This document shows positions 16,241-25,578 of a stretch of 32,260 nt of DNA, piece after piece. The stretch's first letter is position 1. Each line of letters begins with the position of its first letter. Source of the stretch: an uncultured Planctomycetia bacterium (GTDB taxonomy: Bacteria > Omnitrophota > Gorgyraeia > JABMQH01); contig CAYQVM010000002.1 in assembly GCA_964421145.1 (NCBI GenBank), positions 1 to 32,260 of the forward strand. Direction: 5' to 3'. The notes beneath the pieces are model-generated. The model worked only from the letters and a program-made list of their open reading frames with translations, was not told the origin of the DNA and made no database searches. A program made the position numbers and the translations under genes.

Positions 16241-16858
16241 TTACGATTTGAGGACGGCTTCCCTGCGGCACTTCGGGCACATGACCCGGAATCTATCCGC
16301 TCGTCTTGAGTCCGGCTGCCCTTGTGGTTTTTTTGCTTTCTCGGTTTTCGGCACGAGGGATAATTTACTAAGATATGTTAAAAATACGGAGGGATTTGAA
16401 AACATAAGCGGCCCTAATCTATCCGCAACCCATAGATATTGGTCTTTCGGCACAATGATCTCGCCGCAGCACTCGCAGGCAATAAGCTCTTTTTCTATCT
16501 CCTGTTTTAGATCCTGTCTTTTTTCCGTAGTTGCCAGGTCAAACTCCCTTGTAAGCATTATCCCTTTTTCTGTAGGGCAATTCGCCTGGCACTGGCCGCA
16601 GAATATGCACAAATCCATTGTATAAATTAAGGTGCGCGCAGGCTTCCCCTTCTTAATCTCATCCTTAAAGGATAACGCGCCCGATGGGCATACCTGGGTG
16701 CACGCAGCGCAGCCTATGCAATCCTCTTCGTGAAATTCGGGCTTGCCCCTGAAGGCCTCATATGGCTCATGCGGCGCATAAGGAAACTTAGCCGTATACG
16801 GCCCTTTTATCAGCGCCTTTACCGCCTCTTTAAGTTCGCGTAGTTTCGGGTATCTCAT
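16241..16858 (-). CDS. NuoI/MbhN/HycF-like 2x[4Fe-4S] subunit of the membrane-bound hydrogenase, with a Cys-rich C-terminal extension
   Basis: CIGCAACTQVCP and CIFCGQCQANCP are the two cluster motifs. The additional C-terminal CECCGE...CPKCRRE is zinc-ribbon-like. An ATGA overlap links it to the upstream mrpG-like gene. Confidence 0.85.
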   Translation of the reverse strand: MRYPKLRELKEAVKALIKGPYTAKFPYAPHEPYEAFRGKPEFHEEDCIGCAACTQVCPSGALSFKDEIKKGKPARTLIYTMDLCIFCGQCQANCPTEKGIMLTREFDLATTEKRQDLKQEIEKELIACECCGEIIVPKDQYLWVADRLGPLMFSNPSVFLTYLSKLSLVPKTEKAKKPQGQPDSRRADRFRVMCPKCRREAVLKS

Positions 16859-17181
16859 TTTTTATCTTCCGCGTATTTATCGCAAACAGACTTGTCCCAG
16901 AGCTTAATCCCTGACTTATGCGCGCCTCTTGCCAGGGCATGCGCTGAAACGGGTGCGGTCAAAATTATAAACAGAATACAAAGAAGCGCCTTTATGCCTG
17001 CCGCGGTAAACCCTCTGGATAAAAATAGCCCAAGCAAAATACTGCACGTCCCCAAGGTCACGCATTTTGTTGAAGCCTGAAGCCGGTTGTAGACATCAGG
17101 AAGCCTAATCAATCCCAAACAGCCAAAAAAATCAAAAATTAAACCTATCCAAATAAATGCATATACGATAATTTCATTCAT
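16855..17181 (-). CDS. Mrp/Mnh antiporter subunit G homologue (MbhC-like)
   Basis: MNEIIVYAFIWIGLIFDFFGCLGLIRLPDVYNRLQASTK is the MnhG/PhaG signature. I prefer the ATG at 17181; the track ORF starts at 17262. Confidence 0.85.
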   Translation of the reverse strand: MNEIIVYAFIWIGLIFDFFGCLGLIRLPDVYNRLQASTKCVTLGTCSILLGLFLSRGFTAAGIKALLCILFIILTAPVSAHALARGAHKSGIKLWDKSVCDKYAEDKK

Positions 17182-17536
17182 CAAAGTTTCTCCCCTCAAG
17201 ATATTTGGCCAATGCCAGAGTAGAGATAAAACTCTGCAGGGCCCATGCAATGCCGATATCAATATACCAGTCCCTTCCGGTAGAAATTTCTAATATTGCG
17301 CAAAAACCCAAAACCAGGATTCCCAAAATGTCGATTGCCACCGCCCTATCAGCGGGTGTTGGGCCCTTTATGACGCGCCAAAGGCAAAATAATCCGCAAA
17401 ATAATAGTATCAGAAAACAGCGTTTCAAAAAAGATGATTGCCATTCCAATATAGAATAAAATGGGTCAAACCACGCCAGCAAAAATATGCCTATAAGTAA
17501 TACAAGCCCTAACACCCAACGCGCTCTTTTCGCCAT
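17174..17536 (-). CDS. Mrp/Mnh antiporter subunit F homologue (MbhB-like)
   Basis: The small 3-TM protein has RVIKGPTPADRAVAIDILG.... Confidence 0.8.
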   Translation of the reverse strand: MAKRARWVLGLVLLIGIFLLAWFDPFYSILEWQSSFLKRCFLILLFCGLFCLWRVIKGPTPADRAVAIDILGILVLGFCAILEISTGRDWYIDIGIAWALQSFISTLALAKYLEGRNFDE

Positions 17537-18030
17537 TACTCAAAAATCCTCTTTAATACGCCCTCAAATATCTTTACAATTAGCTCGCTTGCCTTCTGGA
17601 CATCTTTGGATTTCACATCAATCCAGTGGATGTATAAAAAACCGTTTTCCTGGTCTATGTCCACGGTCATTGTGCCGGGCGTAAGCGTGATGGAATTCGC
17701 CAGGAATGTCAAACCCGCATCGGTCTTTAATATAGTTTTAACCTTGACAATCCCCGGATTTATTGGCAAATCAGGATGAATCACGCGATAAGCGACATCT
17801 ATATTTGCCTTTATGCACTCCCAAATAAACAGGGGCACATAATACAGAAACCAAAGATAACGGCTGATATGCCTAAATATATGCGGCCTTCTCACAAATA
17901 GATCGCCGGTCATAAAAGCGATGAAACCCGCGATAAGAATCCCGACAACAAGATGCTGGAAATCCAGCGGCCAAGTCAAAAAGGCCCACACCAAAAATGC
18001 AAGTATGAACAATATGGTTTTGCTTTTCAT
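17536..18030 (-). CDS. Mrp/Mnh antiporter subunit E homologue (MbhA-like)
   Basis: Two N-terminal TM helices are followed by ...LANSITLTPGTMTVDID...LYIHWID, which is MnhE-like. Confidence 0.8.
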   Translation of the reverse strand: MKSKTILFILAFLVWAFLTWPLDFQHLVVGILIAGFIAFMTGDLFVRRPHIFRHISRYLWFLYYVPLFIWECIKANIDVAYRVIHPDLPINPGIVKVKTILKTDAGLTFLANSITLTPGTMTVDIDQENGFLYIHWIDVKSKDVQKASELIVKIFEGVLKRIFE

Positions 18031-18031
18031 C

Positions 18032-19519
18032 TTATTTTAACGCGCTAAAAATCGCCTCAGCGTAACCCTTGCCTAACAGCAAAACATTGGCTGCGGATTC
18101 AAGGAATGGCTTAAAATTTGACATAAGCAGTAAACCGCTGATTGCGCAGATAACAGCTAAAACTGTCATTGAAAATCTCATTGGCCAAGGCACCTCTTTT
18201 ATTTTTGACCATACCTCATTAATCTTGCCAAAAAAACTGAATCCGATAAATTTTAAATAATAGGCTAAGGTTATAATACTCACTAATACGGCAATCAGGG
18301 CAAATCCAAAATACCCTGCCTGCACCGCGGCGATAATTATAATCAACTTGCTAAAGAACCCGCCCAATGGCGGAATTCCGGAAATGCTCATGGACCCCAC
18401 AAGGCCGGTATAACCAGTAACTGGCAGGCGATTGTTCAGGCCCCCTAACCTCTTTAAGTCGCGGGTGCCTGTGGAATATTCAATAGCGCCTGAATTTAAG
18501 AAAAGAAGCGATTTAAAAACAGCGTGATTAAACAAGTGGAATAAGGCCCCCAAAATAGCTAAAGGCGTGGCAAGGCCTAATGCGAAAACAATATACCCTA
18601 CTTGACTAATGCTGGAATAAGCAAACATCCTTTTTATATCATGCTGGGCCAAAGCTAATATGGCGCCCACGACCATAGAGATTAGGCCTAAGACCATCAA
18701 TATAAAGAGTATCTTATTATCAACTCCTAGGATATTAAAAAAGACCCTGGCAATAGCGTATACGCCCAATGTCTTGATAAAGACCCCTGAAAGCATCGCC
18801 GAGATTGACGCCGGGGCGGATGGGTGCGCATCCGGCAGCCAGGCATGAAACGGAATAAGCGCCGCCTTTAAACCAAAACCCATTAGAAATAACACTGATA
18901 TAAATATAACCGTTAAACCTCCGCCTTTTTGAGACAGGCTTAATGAGATATCCGCCATATTCAGCGTAGAGGTATAACTGTATAATACAGCAATCCCCAG
19001 AAGCACAAAGCTGGAAGCCACCGAGCCCATAACCGCGTATTTAAACGACGCCTCCAGCTCCTCCGCTTCGGTCCCGAAGGCAACCAGGGCATAACTCGCG
19101 ATAGAGGCGATTTCTAAAAAGACAAACAGATTAAATAAATCGCCGGTAATGATTATCCCGTTCATACCTGCGAGCATCAGCATAAATAAAGTATAAAATT
19201 TACATTTATCGGTATATTTCTCCATGTAGGCTATTGAATATATCGTCACGAGAAGGCTCACTAAATTTACGGTAACAAGCATAAAGGATGTAAGGCCGTC
19301 CAAAACCATGCAGATTCCTATGGGGGGCATCCAGCCGCCTACTTTATATACTAGAACCTTATGCGCTTTAACCAGGGCAATAGAATACAATGAACATGCC
19401 AGTAAAGCGCCCGTGCCTAAATTGGCCAGGACATCGGCCATCCCCTTCGCCTTCTTTGCCAGAAGCGAAATCACGAATGCCGCACCTAAAGGAATAGCCA
19501 CAAACAATGGTAATATCAT
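18032..19519 (-). CDS. MrpD/NuoN/MbhH-like antiporter-type (proton-conducting) subunit
   Basis: The 495-aa polytopic protein has the complex I subunit 2/4/5-family core (...HAWLPDAHPSAPASISAMLSGVFIKTLGVY...FAYSSISQVGYI...FHLFNHAVFKSLLFL). Confidence 0.9.
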   Translation of the reverse strand: MILPLFVAIPLGAAFVISLLAKKAKGMADVLANLGTGALLACSLYSIALVKAHKVLVYKVGGWMPPIGICMVLDGLTSFMLVTVNLVSLLVTIYSIAYMEKYTDKCKFYTLFMLMLAGMNGIIITGDLFNLFVFLEIASIASYALVAFGTEAEELEASFKYAVMGSVASSFVLLGIAVLYSYTSTLNMADISLSLSQKGGGLTVIFISVLFLMGFGLKAALIPFHAWLPDAHPSAPASISAMLSGVFIKTLGVYAIARVFFNILGVDNKILFILMVLGLISMVVGAILALAQHDIKRMFAYSSISQVGYIVFALGLATPLAILGALFHLFNHAVFKSLLFLNSGAIEYSTGTRDLKRLGGLNNRLPVTGYTGLVGSMSISGIPPLGGFFSKLIIIIAAVQAGYFGFALIAVLVSIITLAYYLKFIGFSFFGKINEVWSKIKEVPWPMRFSMTVLAVICAISGLLLMSNFKPFLESAANVLLLGKGYAEAIFSALK

Positions 19520-19854
19520 CCGCTTAATCTCCGAATCTTGGTTATATCAAAAGTGCCGTACTTCTCATAGAGTCTTATGGCAATGGCTACAATCAATGCG
19601 GTAATCGCCAGGCCGATGACGATGGCGGTTAATACCAAGGCCTGCGGTATAGGATCTACCATATTTGAAATTGCCTGATCCTTAGCCAATATCGGCGCGC
19701 GGCCCTGATTGCGGTATCCGACCAGCACAAAAAATAGATTTACCGCGTACTCAATGATCCCCAAACCAATGACAATCTTGATAATATTTCTCTTTCTTAC
19801 GACGCAGTAAAGCCCGATGGAAAATAAGACAAGGCACAACATATATTCAATCAT
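19516..19854 (-). CDS. MrpC/MnhC/NuoK-like subunit (MbhG-like)
   Basis: The 112-aa 3-TM protein has GLGIIEYAVNLFFVL and PIPQALVLTAIVIGLA, which is MnhC-like. Confidence 0.85.
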   Translation of the reverse strand: MIEYMLCLVLFSIGLYCVVRKRNIIKIVIGLGIIEYAVNLFFVLVGYRNQGRAPILAKDQAISNMVDPIPQALVLTAIVIGLAITALIVAIAIRLYEKYGTFDITKIRRLSG

Positions 19855-20303
19855 TCGTCTTTATCCGATCCTTTAAATAATATCAACGCCGCAAAAATGG
19901 CAAACAGGCCCGCCCCCACCTTAAGAGATATAGCGATATTGCATAAGGGGATAATGCCCGCGCTGAATAAATCAAACGGCCTGCCTTTATGCGCAAAGAA
20001 ATTCAAAAAGAAACAACCCCCGCCTATTAAACCGATTAGCGCTATTGACAAAAACATAATACCGCCCAGGCTCTCCAAAATAGATGCGCCAGTTTGAGAC
20101 AATTTTTTTAACGCTGTTTCCCTGCCAAAGGCAAGCATAAGATGAATAAAAGATAGCCCGATAATTACTCCGCCAGCAAATCCGCCGCCCGGCCTAATAT
20201 GACCGTGCAAACCAATATATATGCCGTACAGGAGTATCAGCCCCACGGTAAGGCGTGTGATAGTCTTAACAATTACGGTCATTCCGGTTTCCGCGTTCTT
20301 CAT
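19851..20303 (-). CDS. MrpB/MnhB-domain subunit (MbhF-like)
   Basis: The 150-aa 4-TM protein has HGHIRPGGGFAGGVIIG, the MnhB-domain hallmark. Confidence 0.8.
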   Translation of the reverse strand: MKNAETGMTVIVKTITRLTVGLILLYGIYIGLHGHIRPGGGFAGGVIIGLSFIHLMLAFGRETALKKLSQTGASILESLGGIMFLSIALIGLIGGGCFFLNFFAHKGRPFDLFSAGIIPLCNIAISLKVGAGLFAIFAALILFKGSDKDE

Positions 20304-20818
20304 TTTTTCACTCTTCCTATTTTCCTTATCACCGCCAAGACGCCCATCACCGCAGTAAACAGGACCGTCGCCTCGCCCAAGGTATCATAACCTCTAAAAT
20401 CCAAGATTATGGCAGCGACAATATTAGCCGCGCCTGTCTTTTGCAGGCCCTGCTTAAGATAATCCTGGGCCACCCTCATAATCGGCTGGCCAAAAGGGGG
20501 CAGTTCACTGAAAGCAAAATAGCCAAACAATAAAAATAAGGCAATAAATAGCAATGTAGAAATGGTATTAAAGAACCACCTGCCGTCTGTGATCAAAGGA
20601 AGGTCCTTTTTTATAGTTGCGCGGATAAGTATAATTAGACAAAGAATTTCAACAACGAGCTGGGTTATTGCCAAATCCGGCGCCTTTAAGAGCAAAAAGG
20701 CCAAAGAAAGCCCTAGGCCAACCGCGCCCACAGCGATTACGCTTGAGAGCAGGTCTTCAATCATAACCGCTGCGACAGCGGCAGCAATCATAAACAACAT
20801 AAGTAGTTGCAGTTCCAT
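20300..20818 (-). CDS. DUF4040 (MbhD-like) fused to an MbhE / MrpA-C-terminal-like segment
   Basis: The N-terminal half ...LLKAPDLAITQLVVEI... is DUF4040-like. The C-terminal half has GAANIVAAIILDFRGYDTLGEATVLF, typical of the MrpA C-terminus and MbhE. Confidence 0.75.
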   Translation of the reverse strand: MELQLLMLFMIAAAVAAVMIEDLLSSVIAVGAVGLGLSLAFLLLKAPDLAITQLVVEILCLIILIRATIKKDLPLITDGRWFFNTISTLLFIALFLLFGYFAFSELPPFGQPIMRVAQDYLKQGLQKTGAANIVAAIILDFRGYDTLGEATVLFTAVMGVLAVIRKIGRVKK

Positions 20819-20819
20819 A

Positions 20820-22490
20820 TTACTTCCTTAGCAATACCAAAAATAACCAAATCATCCCTAAAAGCGTCCAGACCAGATACGTTGGCAAGACTCCGTTATG
20901 CAGATACCGAAAGAATCCGCCTATACCGAGCATGAGGTTCTTGCCCTGCTCATATAAGTCAAAAACACCGGCCTCTGCCTTTTTGTAAATACTGGCCAGT
21001 ATCCCGTATTCTTTTATAGTATTGTAAAACTCTGTGCCCGGCACCCTGGTTTCAGGAAGGTCCTTTGTCTCACTGCCGATATACGGGGTATCCCGCCTGA
21101 TAGCAGGTCTTATCCCTTTTAAGCTGAATATAAATACGCCAAGGAGCAGTCCGACAATAATCAACAATGTAGACAATCCCGCATACCACGTCCCGATAAA
21201 ATTTACGCCAGGGATCGCGGGAAGTATAAAATATTTAAGCGGGATTTGATACGCAAACACGCCGAATACGACGCATAGAATCGCCAACGCCGCAGGCGGT
21301 ATCCACATTGCCCAGGAAACCTCATTCTCTGGTTCTTTAGTTTTTCCGTTCTTCGGCTGACCTAAGAACGTAGCATGCATCAACTTCATAAAACTCGCCA
21401 GTGTAAGTCCTGATCCAAACATTGCCGCGGCCAAGCACACTACGGCAACTAAACTGGTGACCTGGTGACCTGGTGACCTATTGACCTGTTGTACGAGCCC
21501 CTGGTAAATCATCCATTTTGAAACAAAGCCGTTAAAAGGAGGAACGCCTGATATGGCCAAGCTTGCGATAAGCGCCACGGCATAAGTAACAGGCATTGTT
21601 TTAGACAGCCCGCCTAATTTGTCTAAATCGGTTGTGCCTGTTTTCTGCTCCACATTTCCTGAGGCCAAAAATAACGCTTGTTTATATATAGAATTATTCA
21701 GCATATGAAATATCCCGCCGGCAATACCGACGGGGTTCCCTGTGCCAATGCCTAAGACCATATAGCCCACCTGCGAAACCGCATGATAGCCAAGAAGCCT
21801 TTCCATATTGTGCTGAACCAAGGCCATCATAACTGCGGCGATTATTGTAAATGCACCAACGAGCATTAAAAATATATTCATGGCCTGATTCATTGTGAAT
21901 AAATTCAAGGACAAGCGGGCCAAAAGATAAATGCCTAATAACTTATCCAATGAAGCGAGTAGATACGCCGCAACCGGGACTGGCGCGCTCTTTGCGCAGT
22001 CGGGAACCCAGGAATGGAACGGCATCGCGCCCGCCTTTGCGAAACAGGCAATGGCTATGCATATATAAGCAACGACTGATAACCGATTGCCTGCAAGCGA
22101 TAGCTGGATCTTATCCATTTGAAAGGTGTTGGTTAAGTGATATATTATGCCTATGCCCAGAAGCATAAGGGCATCCGAGCCGCCTACAATGATAAATGTC
22201 TTTTTCGCAACCAAACTGGAATCCTCATCGCCCATCATTATTAAAAGATATAACGTAAGGCCCAAAAATCCCCAAAGTATAAGGAGTAAAATCATATTGT
22301 TGGCAAGCACCGCGAGGATTGAGGCAACTGCGGTTAATGCGATATAGGCATAATAAGAGAGGTTCCTCTCCCGTCCCCTCATAAACCCTATGGAATAGAT
22401 TAATGTCAAGGCATAAAACAGGGCTATCGCCATTATCACAAAACTATTAAGCGGGTCCAATTTAAACCACGGGTAAAGTTTCATATTCAT
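20820..22490 (-). CDS. NuoL/MrpA-N/HyfB-like antiporter-type subunit (second large pump module)
   Basis: The 556-aa polytopic protein has ...PFHSWVPDCAKSAPVPVAAYLLASLDKLLGIYLL...LGYHAVSQVGYMVLGIG...FHMLNNSIYKQALFL. Confidence 0.9.
   Translation of the reverse strand: MNMKLYPWFKLDPLNSFVIMAIALFYALTLIYSIGFMRGRERNLSYYAYIALTAVASILAVLANNMILLLILWGFLGLTLYLLIMMGDEDSSLVAKKTFIIVGGSDALMLLGIGIIYHLTNTFQMDKIQLSLAGNRLSVVAYICIAIACFAKAGAMPFHSWVPDCAKSAPVPVAAYLLASLDKLLGIYLLARLSLNLFTMNQAMNIFLMLVGAFTIIAAVMMALVQHNMERLLGYHAVSQVGYMVLGIGTGNPVGIAGGIFHMLNNSIYKQALFLASGNVEQKTGTTDLDKLGGLSKTMPVTYAVALIASLAISGVPPFNGFVSKWMIYQGLVQQVNRSPGHQVTSLVAVVCLAAAMFGSGLTLASFMKLMHATFLGQPKNGKTKEPENEVSWAMWIPPAALAILCVVFGVFAYQIPLKYFILPAIPGVNFIGTWYAGLSTLLIIVGLLLGVFIFSLKGIRPAIRRDTPYIGSETKDLPETRVPGTEFYNTIKEYGILASIYKKAEAGVFDLYEQGKNLMLGIGGFFRYLHNGVLPTYLVWTLLGMIWLFLVLLRK
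21454..21493. repeat. 8-nt tandem repeat inside the NuoL-like gene
   Basis: CTGGTGAC occurs three times perfectly (21454..21477), followed by two degenerate units, CTATTGAC and CTGTTGTA. This stretch encodes ...QQVNRSPGHQVTSLV.... Confidence 0.95.
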
Positions 22491-23692
22491 ATAGCGGGCG
22501 ATCCCTTATTTGCCCTTATATTTTCGGTTTTTTCCTGTGACAGTTTTATCAAATCCCAGCCGTCCATAATCTTCTTATCCGTATGCCTATCCAAAACCGC
22601 AAGCCTTTCGGTGCAGCAGTAACAGGGATCCACCGCGGCCAAGGTAATCGCCGCGTCCGAAATGGTGCCGCCGAGCGCGGCAACCTTATTGGAGGCAACG
22701 TTCATGTAGCTTGGCGCGCGTATCTTGTGCCTTATAGGGCGGTTCGTGCCGTCGCTCTTTACATAATGGAAGCACTCGCCCCTTGGCGCCTCAACACGCC
22801 CTATGCCTTCCCCGGGCGGTATATCCTTTACGTTCGCGTCAATATCTCCCTTGGGCATCTTATCTAAGCATTGACGAATAATACCCACAGATTCGTAAAG
22901 CTCGAGGATTCTTACCACGGTCTTGGCAAATATATCCCCGTCTTTTTTGACAATCACGCTCCATTTCACTCTATCATAGGCGCCATATGGGTCATCCCGC
23001 CGCACATCTATGTCTACGCCTGCAGCCCTGGCGGTAGGGCCTACGACACACCAGTCAATAGCCTGTTGTTTATTCAGTATGCCTATGCCCTTAAGCCGCG
23101 CCTGTATCACGGGGTCATCCATTACCGCGCCTTTAAACATATCAACAACAGGTACCAAATCATCAAGCGCCTTCCTTAATATAGGCATGTGCTCATCCTG
23201 TATATCCCGCCTGACGCCCCCAATCTTGCTCATACCGTAATGATTTCGGTTTCCGGAAATCATCTCAAACATATCCAGCACCGGCTCTCTGTAACGCCAC
23301 GCCCACATCCATACGGTGTTGTATCCGATAAAATGCCCTGCTAAACCCAACCACAACAGATGGCTGTGTATCCTCTGCAACTCGTCAACTATCGTCCTTA
23401 TGTAAAGCGCGCGTTCGGGCACGACTGTTCTTTCTCCACCCAGGATATCTTCAACGGCAAGAACGAACGCATAAGGATGGCTTGAGGAACAGATGCCGCA
23501 TATGCGCTCAACCAAAAACGGCACCTGGTCGAAATGCTTGTGTTCGGAAAGTTCCTCTATGCCGCGGTGCATATAACCGAGGACTATATCTATATCTACA
23601 ACCTTCTCGCCTTCCACATAAAGCCTGAAAAGTTCCGGCTCCTCCTGTAGGGGGTGGTATGGCCCTATTGGAATTACAACTTTATGGCTCAT
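22487..23692 (-). CDS. Group-4 [NiFe]-hydrogenase large (catalytic) subunit, NuoD/MbhL/EchE-like
   Basis: Both Ni-Fe ligand pairs are intact. The N-terminal motif is RICGICSSSH and the C-terminal motif is DPCYCCTER. The NuoD-like core includes EAPRGE. Confidence 0.92.
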   Translation of the reverse strand: MSHKVVIPIGPYHPLQEEPELFRLYVEGEKVVDIDIVLGYMHRGIEELSEHKHFDQVPFLVERICGICSSSHPYAFVLAVEDILGGERTVVPERALYIRTIVDELQRIHSHLLWLGLAGHFIGYNTVWMWAWRYREPVLDMFEMISGNRNHYGMSKIGGVRRDIQDEHMPILRKALDDLVPVVDMFKGAVMDDPVIQARLKGIGILNKQQAIDWCVVGPTARAAGVDIDVRRDDPYGAYDRVKWSVIVKKDGDIFAKTVVRILELYESVGIIRQCLDKMPKGDIDANVKDIPPGEGIGRVEAPRGECFHYVKSDGTNRPIRHKIRAPSYMNVASNKVAALGGTISDAAITLAAVDPCYCCTERLAVLDRHTDKKIMDGWDLIKLSQEKTENIRANKGSPAI

Positions 23693-24113
23693 GTTCGTGC
23701 CTCAACGGAAACTTTCCTTCCGGCCAATCCTCGGCCAGAAGCAACCGTTTTAAATCCGGATGCCCCTTGAAATTTATACCCAGCATTTCCCAAATCTCGC
23801 GCTCAATCCACTCTGCGCCCGGAAATATGGCGGCAATAGAATCTATCTCGGGATTTTTCTTATTCTTGATCAAAACGCGCGCAGAGACCATCTCGCCCGT
23901 CTTATCAAAACTAAAATGATACAGTATCTCAAGGCCTCTCGGGGTATCCTCGCCCGTAGCGATTGCGAATCTCAAATTAAGTTCCTTAAACAAAATGGTT
24001 GCTACCTCTTTTATATCCTCTGGCTTGATCGAAAAGTAAACCCTGCGAGGTGAGTGCTCGCGCCAATCGCTTATTTTATTCGCTAACTTTTTCTTGATTT
24101 CGTTCTTTATCAT
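23682..24113 (-). CDS. NuoC/MbhK-like 30-kDa subunit
   Basis: The 143-aa ORF has FPGAEWIEREIWEMLGINFKGHPDLKRLLL, the NuoC signature. Confidence 0.88.
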   Translation of the reverse strand: MIKNEIKKKLANKISDWREHSPRRVYFSIKPEDIKEVATILFKELNLRFAIATGEDTPRGLEILYHFSFDKTGEMVSARVLIKNKKNPEIDSIAAIFPGAEWIEREIWEMLGINFKGHPDLKRLLLAEDWPEGKFPLRHEHEP

Positions 24114-24115
24114 TG

Positions 24116-24544
24116 TTATTGGTTTTTATCTTGAACCTTTTTTATCAGTTTCACCACTGCGGCAATCATCGCCTCCGGCTTGGGCGGGCAGCCAGGAACA
24201 TACGCCGCTACAGGCACCACCTCGTCAACCGGGCACGGGCTGTTATATGAATCCTTAAACATAATCCTGCCGCAGGCGCAGCTGCCTATTGCCATAACTA
24301 AACAAGGCTGAGGCGCCTGGCTATACAACTTCTTTAGCCTATCTCTGGTTTTATAATTAGGCACTCCGGTAACGAGAAGCACGTCCGCATGCCTTACGCT
24401 CCCTACCAACATTATACCAAACCTTTCTACGTCATGCCGCGGAGTAAGGACATCCAATATCTCGATGTCGCAATTGTTGCAAGGCGAGCATGCCGCATGA
24501 AACACCCATAAAGATTTGGTCAGAGCCTTAAGTTTGATACTCAT
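24116..24544 (-). CDS. NuoB/MbhJ-like hydrogenase small subunit (proximal [4Fe-4S])
   Basis: The Cys ligands are present in FHAACSPCNNCDIE, GSCACGR and VPGCPPKPE. Confidence 0.9.
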   Translation of the reverse strand: MSIKLKALTKSLWVFHAACSPCNNCDIEILDVLTPRHDVERFGIMLVGSVRHADVLLVTGVPNYKTRDRLKKLYSQAPQPCLVMAIGSCACGRIMFKDSYNSPCPVDEVVPVAAYVPGCPPKPEAMIAAVVKLIKKVQDKNQ

Positions 24545-24551
24545 ATATGTT

Positions 24552-24663
24552 AAATCCGAATTACCAATGACGAATGACTAAATAATTTTCAATTCTTCAA
24601 TATCCAATTTGGAATTTGGTTATTGGAAATTAATTCGTCATTCGGATTTCGTCATTGGTCATT
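24552..24663. repeat. Structured intergenic repeat element between the NuoH-like and NuoB-like genes
   Basis: AATGAC occurs twice (24566, 24573) and its complement GTCATT three times (24637, 24651, 24658). There is a perfect 11-bp inverted repeat CCAATGACGAA (24564..24574) / TTCGTCATTGG (24648..24658). A second 10-bp pair is AAATCCGAAT (24552..24561) / ATTCGGATTT (24640..24649). The centre has reiterated AATTTGG-like units. Confidence 0.85.
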
Positions 24664-24666
24664 ACC

Positions 24667-25578
24667 TTATTGGCCTATCAACGCTAGCCCTACCGCCGCT
24701 ATGGCCAATAAGGTTACCGGCCCCCAGAAAAACTTCAGCGCCTGATCAATCCTGAGCCGCGGGTTGGTATTTTTTATCAGAATAAAAATAACTAGTATCG
24801 CTATATATTTTAGAATCAACGCCAGCGGGCCCAGGCCGCCGGCCCAGAACAAGCTTATCAAAAACAGCGGCATGATGTAAAGAAGTATCGCCTTTGTCAA
24901 TTTAAATATTGCCAGCGGCAGCCCTGAATACTCTATGAGGGCGCCCGCCATTATCTCCTGCTCTGCCTCAGATGCGTCAAACGGAACAAAACCCAACTTT
25001 GCCTGCATGCAAAATATGGCTATAATAAACGCCAGTATCCCGGACAGCGAAGAGATATTTGAGCCGAAATTCATCTGATGATTCAAAATCTCGCCTATCC
25101 GTATAGCCCCCTGTGATTTAAGTATTATCGCAATAACAGACAATATAAACGGCAACTCATACGCTAAAACCAGTTTCATCTCACGCGAGGCGCCGATAGA
25201 GGCAAGGGGGTTCCTTGAAGACGAGGCCCCAATTATTAAAGATATAGCCGGTATGACCAGAAGATATAAAACAACAATTAAATCACCTATGAAACTTCCC
25301 ATAGGCACGCGGATGGCGGCACCCAAAATCGTCGCCACCAAAATCACGCTTAACAGGCCTATATACGGAGACAATAAAAATGTCACGCCAGCGCCTTCGG
25401 GCACAATGGTCTCCTTACCCAGCAATTTTGCGATATCAACAAAATTCTGATACCATGGCGGCCCCACGCGCCACTGAATGCGCGCGGTAACCTTTCTGTC
25501 AACCCAGCCCGCCATCAACCCTACGCAAGCGGCGAATAGGAAACCAGGAAATATTAAGTAGTTAAACAGTATTTTCAT
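24667..25578 (-). CDS. NuoH/MbhM/HycD-like membrane subunit
   Basis: MKILFNYLIFPGF...DRKVTARIQWRVGPPWYQNF is the NuoH N-terminal signature. I prefer the ATG at 25578, which forms an ATGA overlap with the upstream ferredoxin gene. The track ORF starts at 25614. Confidence 0.9.
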   Translation of the reverse strand: MKILFNYLIFPGFLFAACVGLMAGWVDRKVTARIQWRVGPPWYQNFVDIAKLLGKETIVPEGAGVTFLLSPYIGLLSVILVATILGAAIRVPMGSFIGDLIVVLYLLVIPAISLIIGASSSRNPLASIGASREMKLVLAYELPFILSVIAIILKSQGAIRIGEILNHQMNFGSNISSLSGILAFIIAIFCMQAKLGFVPFDASEAEQEIMAGALIEYSGLPLAIFKLTKAILLYIMPLFLISLFWAGGLGPLALILKYIAILVIFILIKNTNPRLRIDQALKFFWGPVTLLAIAAVGLALIGQ

